64,000 nucleotides of DNA from Nitrosopumilus sp. (GTDB lineage: Archaea; Thermoproteota; Nitrososphaeria; Nitrososphaerales; Nitrosopumilaceae), in NCBI GenBank assembly GCA_963667665.2, contig OY763927.2:1344001-1408000 (forward strand), read 5' to 3'. Below, in pieces: positions 1 through 8,931 of this stretch (the first letter of the stretch is position 1; every line of letters begins with the position of its first letter). Below the pieces are notes generated by a model. That model saw nothing but the letters and a program-made list of their open reading frames with translations. It was not told the DNA's origin and searched no databases. Position numbers and translations under genes: made by a program.

Positions 1-785
1 CCCATCAAGGCTCCAGTATGAGACATTGCAGCTTTTGCTCCTTCAGGACTACGTCCAGATTTGAGAACAAGAACTGGTTTTTTGAGTTTTTTAGTAATAT
101 TTTTACAAACTTTAAGGAATTCTTGACCATTCCCCATGTCTTCAAGATACATTACAATAACTTCTGTTTGTTTATGATTTGCAAGTGTCTTTAAGACATC
201 AACTTCACTCATTACAGCTTTGTTTCCAAGACTAACTACTGCAGAAAAACCAATTCCTTGAGCACTAGCATCTTCAACTAATGCAGCACATATTGCACCA
301 CTTTGAGATATGAGTGCAATTTTTCCAGATTTTGGTGTAATTTTAAGAAAAGTAGAATTCATCATTGTCTTTGGATCAAGATTCATGACACCAAGACAGT
401 TTGGTCCAATGACTTCTATTTTGTATTTTTTAGCAATGTCTTTGAGTTGTTGTTCACGTTTTGCACCTTCTTCATCAACTTCTTTAAAACCAGCTGTAAT
501 GATAATGACACCTTTGATTTTTTTCTTGCCGCATTCTTCTAACACTGTTGCAACCAATGTGTTTTTGATTACAATTACTGCAAGATCAATTGGTTTTGGA
601 ACATCTAAGACACTCTTGTATGCTTTTTTGTAAAAGACTGTTTCTCTTGAAGGACTAATAGGATAAACAGTTCCTGTAAAACCATTCATAATATTTGAGG
701 TAATGGTATCTCCAACACTTCCTCTTTTGTCAGATGCACCGATTACTGCAATTGATTTTGGTGATAAAAAGACAGATTCTGCCAT
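1..785 (-). CDS. ADP-forming acyl-CoA ligase, 4-hydroxybutyrate-CoA ligase type (5' part; runs off window start)
   Basis: Not in ORF track; manual translation from ATG at 785 gives MAESVFLSPKSIAVIGASDKRGSVG...GPNCLG...SQSGA...KSGRSPEGAKAAMSHTGALMG, with CoA-binding domain and catalytic SHTG; closely resembles N. maritimus Nmar_0206 as recalled. Confidence 0.85.
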   Translation of the reverse strand, partial: MAESVFLSPKSIAVIGASDKRGSVGDTITSNIMNGFTGTVYPISPSRETVFYKKAYKSVLDVPKPIDLAVIVIKNTLVATVLEECGKKKIKGVIIITAGFKEVDEEGAKREQQLKDIAKKYKIEVIGPNCLGVMNLDPKTMMNSTFLKITPKSGKIALISQSGAICAALVEDASAQGIGFSAVVSLGNKAVMSEVDVLKTLANHKQTEVIVMYLEDMGNGQEFLKVCKNITKKLKKPVLVLKSGRSPEGAKAAMSHTGALM

Positions 786-847
786 GTAAGTTGGATCTAA
801 AGATTTTATATAATAAAGTTATTCATAGAAATTTCTGATCTGTGATT

Positions 848-1207
848 TTAGCTTCCCAACATTTTTCCTGCTAGATTCTCTTTTCGAGGAATCCATTTTA
901 TTAATGGTCTATCAGAAAGTTTTCCTATAATAGCCCAAGCTTCTTGTGCCAGTCTTCGAAGTTCATCATTATTTATTGCAAATTCATGATTTAATTGATT
1001 TACAGTATTTTTTGAATCACTGTAAATGGTAATGTTATCATTTGAATCAATGAACTTGTATAATGCCGAAATTATTGCCAAGTATTCCGCTTGATTGTTA
1101 GTTAGATCTGGTTTTTTTTCATAAAATGATTCTCCTGTCTCTTTTACAAAATAGCCATATCCACTATTAGGAATTCCAGAACCATCAACGTAAACACTAA
1201 TTTTCAT
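848..1207 (-). CDS. rnhA: Ribonuclease HI family protein
   Basis: YVDGSG, TNNQAEYLA, YSDS, WIPRKEN motifs. Confidence 0.85.
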   Translation of the reverse strand: MKISVYVDGSGIPNSGYGYFVKETGESFYEKKPDLTNNQAEYLAIISALYKFIDSNDNITIYSDSKNTVNQLNHEFAINNDELRRLAQEAWAIIGKLSDRPLIKWIPRKENLAGKMLGS

Positions 1208-1640
1208 CTTTATACAATCTCACTAACTTTACATTTATGTTTGCCACTATTAAAAAAATCAATGCGGATATACTTTGAGATATAATTGATGCTAGGTACG
1301 GATCATAATCTATTGTTAAAAAATAGTATTGCAGAACCCATCTAGCAATAGTATAAACAACTTCAGCAAGTCCAAGAGATGTAACTAATTTTATGAGATC
1401 ACGTTTTAGTTTTACAGTATCTGTTCCACCAGATTCAATTCTATATTTTTTTCTGTTATCAAAATAATATAACACACCAAAAACTGAAAAGTAAATTGAA
1501 TAATCTGCAATTGTAGTGTATGTTGAATTTAGATAGTCTTCTTGATCAGATAAAAGTTGTGCAATTCCTGCAGAAATAATGATAGATGTAAAAATTGCGA
1601 TTAGAATATTTTTGTTAAGCTTGAGATAGTCTTGTAACAC
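1197..1640 (-). CDS. Hypothetical membrane protein (GtrA-like topology)
   Basis: 147 aa, about 4 hydrophobic segments, GTG start, overlaps rnhA start. Confidence 0.6.
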   Translation of the reverse strand: MLQDYLKLNKNILIAIFTSIIISAGIAQLLSDQEDYLNSTYTTIADYSIYFSVFGVLYYFDNRKKYRIESGGTDTVKLKRDLIKLVTSLGLAEVVYTIARWVLQYYFLTIDYDPYLASIISQSISALIFLIVANINVKLVRLYKDEN

Positions 1641-1675
1641 AGATTTTATTATTTTTTGTTACAATTAAACTAAAG

Positions 1676-1960
1676 TCAATCCAAAGTAATCTTTAGAAAT
1701 ATAATCAAACCTGCAAGTTCTGCAATTCCTACTCCTAGCATGTATGGGAATATTTCATTAGAGAAAAGCATCTCCATGGAGAAATATGCTAGCGCACCAA
1801 TGACATTATGCAAAAATAACATCACAGTAACTACAATCATACCTAATGGAAGCTGTGCTCTAGTCTTTCCATACATCTTTCCAAATATACAGATCAGAAT
1901 TCCTAGAATGCCCATATTTGCAATTGAAACAACAGACAAGATTAGCGAGGTAGGTTCCAT
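1676..1960 (-). CDS. Small membrane protein
   Basis: 94 aa, three hydrophobic helices, follows HTH gene. Confidence 0.7.
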   Translation of the reverse strand: MEPTSLILSVVSIANMGILGILICIFGKMYGKTRAQLPLGMIVVTVMLFLHNVIGALAYFSMEMLFSNEIFPYMLGVGIAELAGLIIFLKITLD

Positions 1961-1985
1961 TTAGTAAAAAACACCTCTTGAGCTT

Positions 1986-2288
1986 TTATTTACTTTTGTC
2001 CAATTTTCTTTCAATTTCTTCAAATGACTCCATATTTACTTCAAGAAAGGTGGAAATGAAAAATGTGATTCCATATTTTTCTCCAACTTTAGTGATCATA
2101 TTGTTTTTTTCAAGCACCTTAATGTGATGTTGGATAGCCTTGTAATCTAGGCCCAACTCTTTTGCTAGTTGATTAGTATTAAGCGGATTTTCCTTTAATT
2201 TTGAAATAATTTTTAATCTATTCAGTCCTCCTCTTGAAGCTGCAAAAACAAACCAAAGAAGCCTTTTTGCGTCAGGATCATTTGCCAT
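1986..2288 (-). CDS. ArsR-like winged helix-turn-helix regulator
   Basis: SRGGLNRLKII...NTNQLAKELGLDYKAIQHHIKVLEK; start moved to ATG 2288 (MANDPDAK) to avoid overlap with divergent gene. Confidence 0.85.
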   Translation of the reverse strand: MANDPDAKRLLWFVFAASRGGLNRLKIISKLKENPLNTNQLAKELGLDYKAIQHHIKVLEKNNMITKVGEKYGITFFISTFLEVNMESFEEIERKLDKSK

Positions 2289-2391
2289 GAGTAATGAAAA
2301 TTCTTCTAGTTTACTACTAAAAGGTATTTTGTGATTGAACCATAATAGAAAGTATAAAAAACACAATCAAACAAATTTCTGTGAATTAAAA

Positions 2392-3273
2392 ATGATGTTA
2401 AATTATGATGCCCCATTATACAGACCACCTTCAGAAGCAAGGTCATTAATTTTCCAAGTTACATTAGGTTGTTCATTTAACGAATGTTCTTTTTGTGATA
2501 TGTATAGAACAAAAGAATATTCTGAAAGAACATGGGATGAGATAAAAACAGAAATTGATATGATGGCAAATTATTTGCCTGAAACTAAAAGAGTTTTTCT
2601 TGCAGATGGAGATGCATTAAATCTAGATACAGAATTCATGATAAAAATTATAAAATATATTAAAGAAAAATTTGCAAAGCTTGAAAGAATTTCCTGCTAT
2701 GCAATGCCTATGAATATTCTAAAGAAAACACCTGAAGAACTAAAGAAGATGAATGAAGCTGGATTGGATATGTTTTATCTTGGAATTGAAAGTGGTTCTG
2801 ATATAGTTCTAAAAAAAGTAACAAAGGGAGCTATTGCAAAGACAATAACAAAATCTGTCAACAAGGCCAAAGAAGCAGGTTACATAATGTCATGTATGAT
2901 AATTTTGGGATTGGGTGGAAGAACATATTCCAAAGAACACATCAAAGGTACTGCAGAAGTGATTAGTGCATGTTCTCCACAGTATGTAGGAGCTCTAACT
3001 TTGTATCTGGAAAAGGGGATAAAACAAGAATTTCTTGACAAGTTTGAAGAACCATTCATAAAAATTAATGATGATGAATCATTAGAAGAACTTCATGATT
3101 TGATCAACCAAATAGAAACTAAAGATGAGATTATTTTTAGAGTTAATCATGGTTCAAACGCATATTCAGTCAAAGGTACTTTTCCACAAGACAAACAAGA
3201 AATGTTAGATAAAATAGAATGGATGAAACAACATCCAGAAGTTGTGCGCCCAGAGGGACTACGAGGATTCTAA
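2392..3273 (+). CDS. Radical SAM protein
   Basis: YRPPSEA, GCSFNECSFC (Cx4Cx2C), FLADGDAL, YLGIESG; start moved to ATG 2392. Confidence 0.85.
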   Translation: MMLNYDAPLYRPPSEARSLIFQVTLGCSFNECSFCDMYRTKEYSERTWDEIKTEIDMMANYLPETKRVFLADGDALNLDTEFMIKIIKYIKEKFAKLERISCYAMPMNILKKTPEELKKMNEAGLDMFYLGIESGSDIVLKKVTKGAIAKTITKSVNKAKEAGYIMSCMIILGLGGRTYSKEHIKGTAEVISACSPQYVGALTLYLEKGIKQEFLDKFEEPFIKINDDESLEELHDLINQIETKDEIIFRVNHGSNAYSVKGTFPQDKQEMLDKIEWMKQHPEVVRPEGLRGF

Positions 3274-3274
3274 A

Positions 3275-3526
3275 TTAAAGATTCTCAATTATAGTTTTGA
3301 GATTTTCTGGTAATTCTGGTAATTCAGTATGACTTTCATTGTTTTGAAGGTTTTCAGGTCCTATGCGTCTAACTCGTTGAGTTCCAATTAGAGTATCAAT
3401 ATTTCTTTGAATATCTTTTTCTGATAATATAGTCTTTAATTTTTCCATTACAGTATCTTCATTTTCATATTTTTTTATTCCATACTGAACAAGAATCATT
3501 TTCTCTTCTGAGGTAAATTCTGTCAC
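3275..3526 (-). CDS. Hypothetical protein
   Basis: 83 aa ORF filling the gap, protein-like composition. Confidence 0.65.
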   Translation of the reverse strand: MTEFTSEEKMILVQYGIKKYENEDTVMEKLKTILSEKDIQRNIDTLIGTQRVRRIGPENLQNNESHTELPELPENLKTIIENL

Positions 3527-3607
3527 ATATTTGCCAAGAAGTTTAAGGTTAATAATCGTTGATTAGTGAAAAACAATTAAAATACTATAAATTACAAATT
3601 ACCCTAC

Positions 3608-4099
3608 TTGGAAAGCAAATTACAATTAATCTCAAATGTATTAACTACGAAAAGATATGCTACAGTTGCAATAATTAGTGGTGTAGGATTAGGAATAATC
3701 TATTACTTTTTAACAATGTCAATGCTACCTACTCATTTTGATACTACAGTAAAGATAATGCATTCTTACATTGCTACATCAATTGTATTAACAATAATAA
3801 TTTCAGCGTTAGCTGGAATTAATTTTACATTAATGGCATTTAAGATAAAGAGAATGAAAATGATGAATTCTGTAAAATCAAACTCTTCAGCTGTATTAGG
3901 AGGAGCCTTTGCAGCATTTACTCCAGGATGTCCTGCATGTACTGCACCTCTAGCAGTAATTTTAGGTGCAGTTGGAGGATTGTCATTGTTTCCAATGCAA
4001 GGATTAGAGCTGAAATTCATTTCAGTTGGAGTCCTAATTTTTTCTATTTATTGGATTACTAGAGGACTACAAAGTAAAAGTTGTTGCAAGATAGGATAA
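3608..4099 (+). CDS. Membrane protein with CxxC motif
   Basis: 4 hydrophobic segments, TPGCPACTAP, C-terminal CC. Confidence 0.7.
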   Translation: MESKLQLISNVLTTKRYATVAIISGVGLGIIYYFLTMSMLPTHFDTTVKIMHSYIATSIVLTIIISALAGINFTLMAFKIKRMKMMNSVKSNSSAVLGGAFAAFTPGCPACTAPLAVILGAVGGLSLFPMQGLELKFISVGVLIFSIYWITRGLQSKSCCKIG

Positions 4100-4100
4100 A

Positions 4101-4175
4101 TGGGCCCACGGGGATTTGAACCCCGGACCTTCGCCGTGTAAGGGCGACGTCATAACCGACCTGGACCATGAGCCC
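4101..4175 (-). tRNA. tRNA-Val(TAC)
   Basis: Reverse complement folds as cloverleaf: GGGCTCA...TCGCC-CTTACAC-GGCGA...TTCAAAT...TGGGCCC-A. Confidence 0.95.
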
Positions 4176-4199
4176 AGAAACCTACCTTACTGAAATCCA

Positions 4200-4209
4200 T
4201 TTAAACTTT
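4200..4209 (-). promoter_or_regulatory. BRE/TATA promoter of tRNA-Val
   Basis: AAAGTTTAAA on minus strand about 25 nt upstream of tRNA 5' end. Confidence 0.55.
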
Positions 4210-4254
4210 GAGACAAAGGAGAATCTAGAAATTTGATAAAAAATAAAGAAATTC

Positions 4255-5271
4255 ATGAATGTGTTTGATTATTTTTCTAGTCCAATTGGATTAGGTCATG
4301 TTACTCGAGATATTGCAATTGTAAATAATTTTGAAAATATTTCAATTAACTTTGTAACAGGTAGTGGAGCTGCAAAAATTCTAAAGAATTTAGATTTCAA
4401 AGTACAAGATGTATACAGTCCACCTTCATTTATTATTGAAAATGGTGCATTAAAAAATCCAGCAAAATGGTTATGGAATTATTATCAATACTATAAAGAC
4501 TGTAAAAAAATTTCACAGCGTATTATTCAAAAGGATAATCCAAGCTTGGTGATTAGTGATGAGGATTTTGCATCATTAACTGTAGCACAAAAAATGAAAA
4601 TTCCAACAGTACTTGTCACAGATGTTTTAGAGACTCGTTTCACTAAAGGATTAGTATCATTTGTTGAAAAAAAGATGAACAAATCAATGCAAGAAATTAT
4701 TAAAAAATGTGACGTTGTAATTCTTCCTGAAAATGGAGATGATCAAGATAATATTAGAAAGGTAGGACCAATAGTTAGACAAACAAAGTTTTCAAGAGAA
4801 GATCTACGAAATAAATTCTCGTTTGATAAAAAGACAATAGTTATTTCTGTTGGTGGAACTGATGCAGGAATGTTTCTTATCAGAAAAGCATTAGAATCTA
4901 TTTCAAAAATTAATCAAGAAATAGAAGTTGTTCTAGTATCAGGTCCAGCAATTAGTAAAAAATTTGATAATGTTAGAAATTTAGGATTTGTAGATAATTT
5001 ACACGAGTTGATTTTTGCTGCAGATATGTTAATTTCTCTGGCTGGAAAATCAACAATAGATGAGGCTAATGCTTATGGAACACCTGCAATATTTATTCCC
5101 ATAAAGAGTCATTTTGAGCAAGAAGATAACGCAAAAGAAGAGGGATTTGTTTTTGATGATATCAATAGGCTTGATGAATTAATTTTAGAAAAACTTGAAG
5201 AAAAAAGAAATCAAGTAGATACAGATGGTGCAAAAAACGCATCAGATATTATTAAAAAATTGATGAATTAA
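4255..5271 (+). CDS. GT-B glycosyltransferase, GT28/MurG-like
   Basis: GLGHVTR, SVGGT, AGKSTIDEA, HFEQEDNA motifs. Confidence 0.8.
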   Translation: MNVFDYFSSPIGLGHVTRDIAIVNNFENISINFVTGSGAAKILKNLDFKVQDVYSPPSFIIENGALKNPAKWLWNYYQYYKDCKKISQRIIQKDNPSLVISDEDFASLTVAQKMKIPTVLVTDVLETRFTKGLVSFVEKKMNKSMQEIIKKCDVVILPENGDDQDNIRKVGPIVRQTKFSREDLRNKFSFDKKTIVISVGGTDAGMFLIRKALESISKINQEIEVVLVSGPAISKKFDNVRNLGFVDNLHELIFAADMLISLAGKSTIDEANAYGTPAIFIPIKSHFEQEDNAKEEGFVFDDINRLDELILEKLEEKRNQVDTDGAKNASDIIKKLMN

Positions 5272-5316
5272 CGATCAAATGCTTAATAGATGGTAATTGA
5301 GTTTTGATAAGTTACC

Positions 5317-6732
5317 ATGACCAATCTAGTAGTAGTAAAATTTGGTGGAAGTGCAATAGGTCCAGATGGAGCATCCATTACAGAAATTGTTAAACGAATT
5401 AATGATTTGAAAAAAAATTCCAAAGTAATTGCTGTTTTTTCAGCTCCATTAACAATACATGATGAGAAAAAGCGTTCTCTAACTGATGTAATTTTAGAGC
5501 AAGGAAAAAATGCAGAGGATGGAAAAACTCCATCTTTAGATATTGTAAGATCAACTTATCAAAAAATTCTTGAAATGGTAAATTCGGAGAATAAAGATAA
5601 TTGCCAAAATTCTATTGATTCACATCTAGCAAAAGCACAAAAAGCATTAGATGAGGCATTTGAGAATAAAGAATTTGTAGAGGAGGTACGTTCAAGAGCA
5701 TTAGCATTTGCAGGTGAGATTTTGATGTCTCATGTAATGAACTACATTCTAAGAAGTAATGGTATAAAATCTGAGGCTATAGGATTTGATGATTGGCCAA
5801 TTATCACTGATAACAACATAGAATCAACAAATTTTCTTACATCAGAATCTAGAGAAAGAATGGATAAAACAGCAGAATTAGTAGAAGAGAACGAAGTAGT
5901 TACAATTGGAGGATTTATTGGGAAAACAGTAGATTGCGTTACAACTACATATGAGCGAGGAGGATCAGATAGAACTGCTGCAGATCTAGGAATATTATTT
6001 CACAAAAAATATGAAACTAGTATAGACTTTGAAAAAGATAGTGCAGTAGTTTCTGCCGATCCAAAAATTGTGAAATCAGGATTAAGTGAAGTAATTCAAT
6101 TGTCATACAATGAAGCTAGATTAGCAGGAATGTTTGGAATGAAAATTTTGGATCCAATTGCAATAAAAGAAATTGTAGAAAATGGAGTCGATATGCTAAT
6201 TACTGTTACAAATATGAAAAATCCAGAAAAAACAACTACAATTATGAGAGTACTAGATGAACAGAAAGGGCATCCAATTAAGATAGTTACAGGAAAAGAA
6301 AATTGTGCGATTTTCAGAATTGAAACAAGTTGTATTCAAAAATTGCTAACATCATTGGAAAAAGACAAACGATATAGTGAGTTTATAATTTTATCACCAT
6401 TTACTAAAGATGGAATTGAATTTTCTAGAATATTATTTTTAGATGGAGATTATGTTAAAAGAAATGAAAAATATTTGTTAGGATTTGATTCTCTTGCTAC
6501 AATTACATACAATAGAGGAGTAATTACGTTAGTTGGAGATGAAATGTGGAGAGTTCAACAAGTTGCTTCAAGAACTAGTACAAAAATTGGGGAGTCAGGA
6601 TTAAACATTTTGAATATGGATGCACAAGAAGAGACTTCAAGAATAATTATTGTCATAGAAGATGCAGGGGACAACATAAGCAAAGCAATTAATGCAATAC
6701 ACGAAGAGATTTCAAAAATTAAATTTGTTTAA
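5317..6732 (+). CDS. lysC: Aspartate kinase
   Basis: VVKFGGS, RGGSDRTAA, SADPKIV, C-terminal ACT-like domain. Confidence 0.85.
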   Translation: MTNLVVVKFGGSAIGPDGASITEIVKRINDLKKNSKVIAVFSAPLTIHDEKKRSLTDVILEQGKNAEDGKTPSLDIVRSTYQKILEMVNSENKDNCQNSIDSHLAKAQKALDEAFENKEFVEEVRSRALAFAGEILMSHVMNYILRSNGIKSEAIGFDDWPIITDNNIESTNFLTSESRERMDKTAELVEENEVVTIGGFIGKTVDCVTTTYERGGSDRTAADLGILFHKKYETSIDFEKDSAVVSADPKIVKSGLSEVIQLSYNEARLAGMFGMKILDPIAIKEIVENGVDMLITVTNMKNPEKTTTIMRVLDEQKGHPIKIVTGKENCAIFRIETSCIQKLLTSLEKDKRYSEFIILSPFTKDGIEFSRILFLDGDYVKRNEKYLLGFDSLATITYNRGVITLVGDEMWRVQQVASRTSTKIGESGLNILNMDAQEETSRIIIVIEDAGDNISKAINAIHEEISKIKFV

Positions 6733-6734
6733 CG

Positions 6735-6832
6735 AAAAGAGTGGCGTTACGGGCTTTCACCTGTAAACGCCATCATGGGTTTATTCTTGGACCATTATCT
6801 AGATTCAGTCCGGCGTTACCCAAAACACGCGA
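6735..6832. ncRNA. Candidate structured ncRNA (two hairpins), strand uncertain, minus favoured
   Basis: GC-rich patch between convergent genes; hairpin 6742-6772 and second stem TGGGT/ACCCA with inner GGAC/GTCC; minus-strand TAAATA at 6855-6860. Confidence 0.5.
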
Positions 6833-6877
6833 TACTATACGTTAAATTTTCTAGTATTTAGAGCTGATCTATATAGA

Positions 6878-7084
6878 TTAGATACGCTCAGCTGCATACC
6901 AAAGAATTATTCCAATTCCAAGTAGAGCATACCACTTGAAGTTTTTCTTATTCATGAAAATATTTGCTGAGCCTAATTGACCATCTTTGGATGTACTCAA
7001 ATTAATTTTTCTCATTTCAAATGCCTGGCCTACTAAGCCTATTACAAGAAGTATTATTCCAACAAAACCCAAAGTCCATTCCAT
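6878..7084 (-). CDS. Small membrane protein
   Basis: 68 aa, two hydrophobic helices. Confidence 0.65.
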   Translation of the reverse strand: MEWTLGFVGIILLVIGLVGQAFEMRKINLSTSKDGQLGSANIFMNKKNFKWYALLGIGIILWYAAERI

Positions 7085-7181
7085 GTTAGAATTTGACTTT
7101 AATCTGATATGTAGTTTTTAAATTTAGAAAATCCACATTAAAAGATAATTCTTTAAATTAGCAGAGTTTTTTCTCTCTTCT

Positions 7182-8096
7182 ATGAAAGAGACAGGCAAAA
7201 TATGGATGAACGGGAAGTTAATACCATTCAAAGATGCCAAAGTTCATGTATTAACTCACGCATTACATTATTCAACATCAATCTTTGAGGGAATTAGATG
7301 TTATAACACACCAAATGGTTCTGCAATATTTAGACTTACAGAACATGTTGATAGATTATTCAAATCTGCAAAATTGTATTCAATGAAAATGCAATTCTCA
7401 AAAAAAGAAATTTCAGATGCCATAGTAAAAACTGTAAAGGCAAGTGGACTCAAAGAATGCTACATTAGACCATTAGCATACTATGGTTATGGAACAATGG
7501 GATTAACTCCTACTCAAAATAAAGTAGATGTTTCAATTGCATGTTGGGCATGGAAGATGGGTGAATCAAAAGCAGGTAAATTCTCTGGAGCAAAATGTAA
7601 AGTATCAAGTTGGATGAAAATTGATTCAAGGTCTCAACCAATGCAAGCAAAAGCAGCTGCAAACTATTCAAATGCAGCACTTGCAAGAATGGAAGCATTA
7701 GAAAATGGATATGATGAGGCAATTATGTTAAATTCACAAGGAAAGATCTCAGAAGGAAGTGCAGAGAATATCTTTATTATAAAAAATGACATTATTCAAA
7801 CACCACCCCTTTCTGCAGGAGGGTTAGATGGAATAACAAGAGATAGTGTTATTCAAATTATTGAAGAAAATGGCGGATTTGTAATTGAACGAGATCTAGA
7901 AAGAGATGATCTCTATACAGCTGATGAAATTTTCATGACAGGTACTGCTGCTGAGGTAAAGTCAGTGACACAGGTAGACCAAATAAAAATTGGAAATGGT
8001 AAGATGGGTGTTATCACAAAAGCATTACAAAAATCATTTTCGGATGTTGTAATGGGTAAAGATGAGAGATTCTTGCCATGGTTAACATTTATCTAA
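7182..8096 (+). CDS. ilvE: Branched-chain amino acid aminotransferase
   Basis: HALHYSTSIFEGIR, AKAAANY, EGSAENIF, LDGITR, TGTAAEV. Confidence 0.93.
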   Translation: MKETGKIWMNGKLIPFKDAKVHVLTHALHYSTSIFEGIRCYNTPNGSAIFRLTEHVDRLFKSAKLYSMKMQFSKKEISDAIVKTVKASGLKECYIRPLAYYGYGTMGLTPTQNKVDVSIACWAWKMGESKAGKFSGAKCKVSSWMKIDSRSQPMQAKAAANYSNAALARMEALENGYDEAIMLNSQGKISEGSAENIFIIKNDIIQTPPLSAGGLDGITRDSVIQIIEENGGFVIERDLERDDLYTADEIFMTGTAAEVKSVTQVDQIKIGNGKMGVITKALQKSFSDVVMGKDERFLPWLTFI

Positions 8097-8137
8097 TTTT
8101 CCACGAGGTTTTTTACCCACAAAAATGATCAGATATC

Positions 8138-8299
8138 ATGGATTCATGCGCTACAGGTGATACTCATGAAATCTGCTGGTTTTGCAGAAAAGGACGTCAT
8201 CAAGACTGTATGAAAGAGATTCCAACACAAGGAAAATCAGATGGGCCACATGATTGCACTTTTGATACAAAACTTGTTACATGCAAATGTCAACACTAA
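8138..8299 (+). CDS. Small Cys/His-rich protein (53 aa), putative metal-binding
   Basis: Manual: MDSCATGDTHEICWFCRKGRHQDCMKEIPTQGKSDGPHDCTFDTKLVTCKCQH; fills gap between ilvE and methyltransferase. Confidence 0.7.
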   Translation: MDSCATGDTHEICWFCRKGRHQDCMKEIPTQGKSDGPHDCTFDTKLVTCKCQH

Positions 8300-8337
8300 A
8301 CAATTAATATCAAATACAGCTATGTTTGAAAAATTCT

Positions 8338-8892
8338 ATGAGTTACAATAAGGAATTTTGGGACAAATATGCAAATGAAAATGAAGCAAAATACAATGAA
8401 GAATTTGCAAAATTTACAAGAGATTTGGCAACTTCTTTGCGCTGTTCAAGTGTTTTAGAGATTGGATGTGGAACTGGAATTGATTTGAGACTATTTACTG
8501 ATACATTTCAAATTCATGGAATTGATCTAAATGATAATGCTTTAGATATAGCAAAAGCAAAAATTCCAAGTGCAAATTTTAAGAAAGGAACAATTACTGA
8601 TTTACCATTTGAGGATTCTTCAATAGATTTTGTTTTTACACATCAGCTCTTGAATTATTTAGATGATGATACATTAGACAAAGGAGTTGCAGAAATGTAT
8701 AGAGTAGCTGGAAAATATATAATGAATTGTGAAAAATTTGAAGAAACAGAAAAACAGATTGATGAAAATCACAAATTTCGTAACATGTTAAAAAGATGGA
8801 AAAATTACAAAGTTAAAATTGTAAGCAATGTAGATATGCATGAAGAGATAGAACCTGAGAAAGCTAGATTCACTTTATTAAGAAAACTTTAA
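8338..8892 (+). CDS. Class I SAM-dependent methyltransferase
   Basis: VLEIGCGTG, GIDLN, LPFEDSSIDFVF; ATG at 8338. Confidence 0.88.
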   Translation: MSYNKEFWDKYANENEAKYNEEFAKFTRDLATSLRCSSVLEIGCGTGIDLRLFTDTFQIHGIDLNDNALDIAKAKIPSANFKKGTITDLPFEDSSIDFVFTHQLLNYLDDDTLDKGVAEMYRVAGKYIMNCEKFEETEKQIDENHKFRNMLKRWKNYKVKIVSNVDMHEEIEPEKARFTLLRKL

Positions 8893-8931
8893 TTTTATCT
8901 TTTTTTAAATTGTGAAAAATAATACTTGAAA

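Noticed and set aside
303-633. Plus-strand ORFs 303-542 and 310-633
   Set aside because: Antisense shadows of the acyl-CoA ligase on the minus strand
6741-6845. 34-codon GTG ORF over the GC-rich element
   Set aside because: Atypical codon usage; RNA structure explains the composition better
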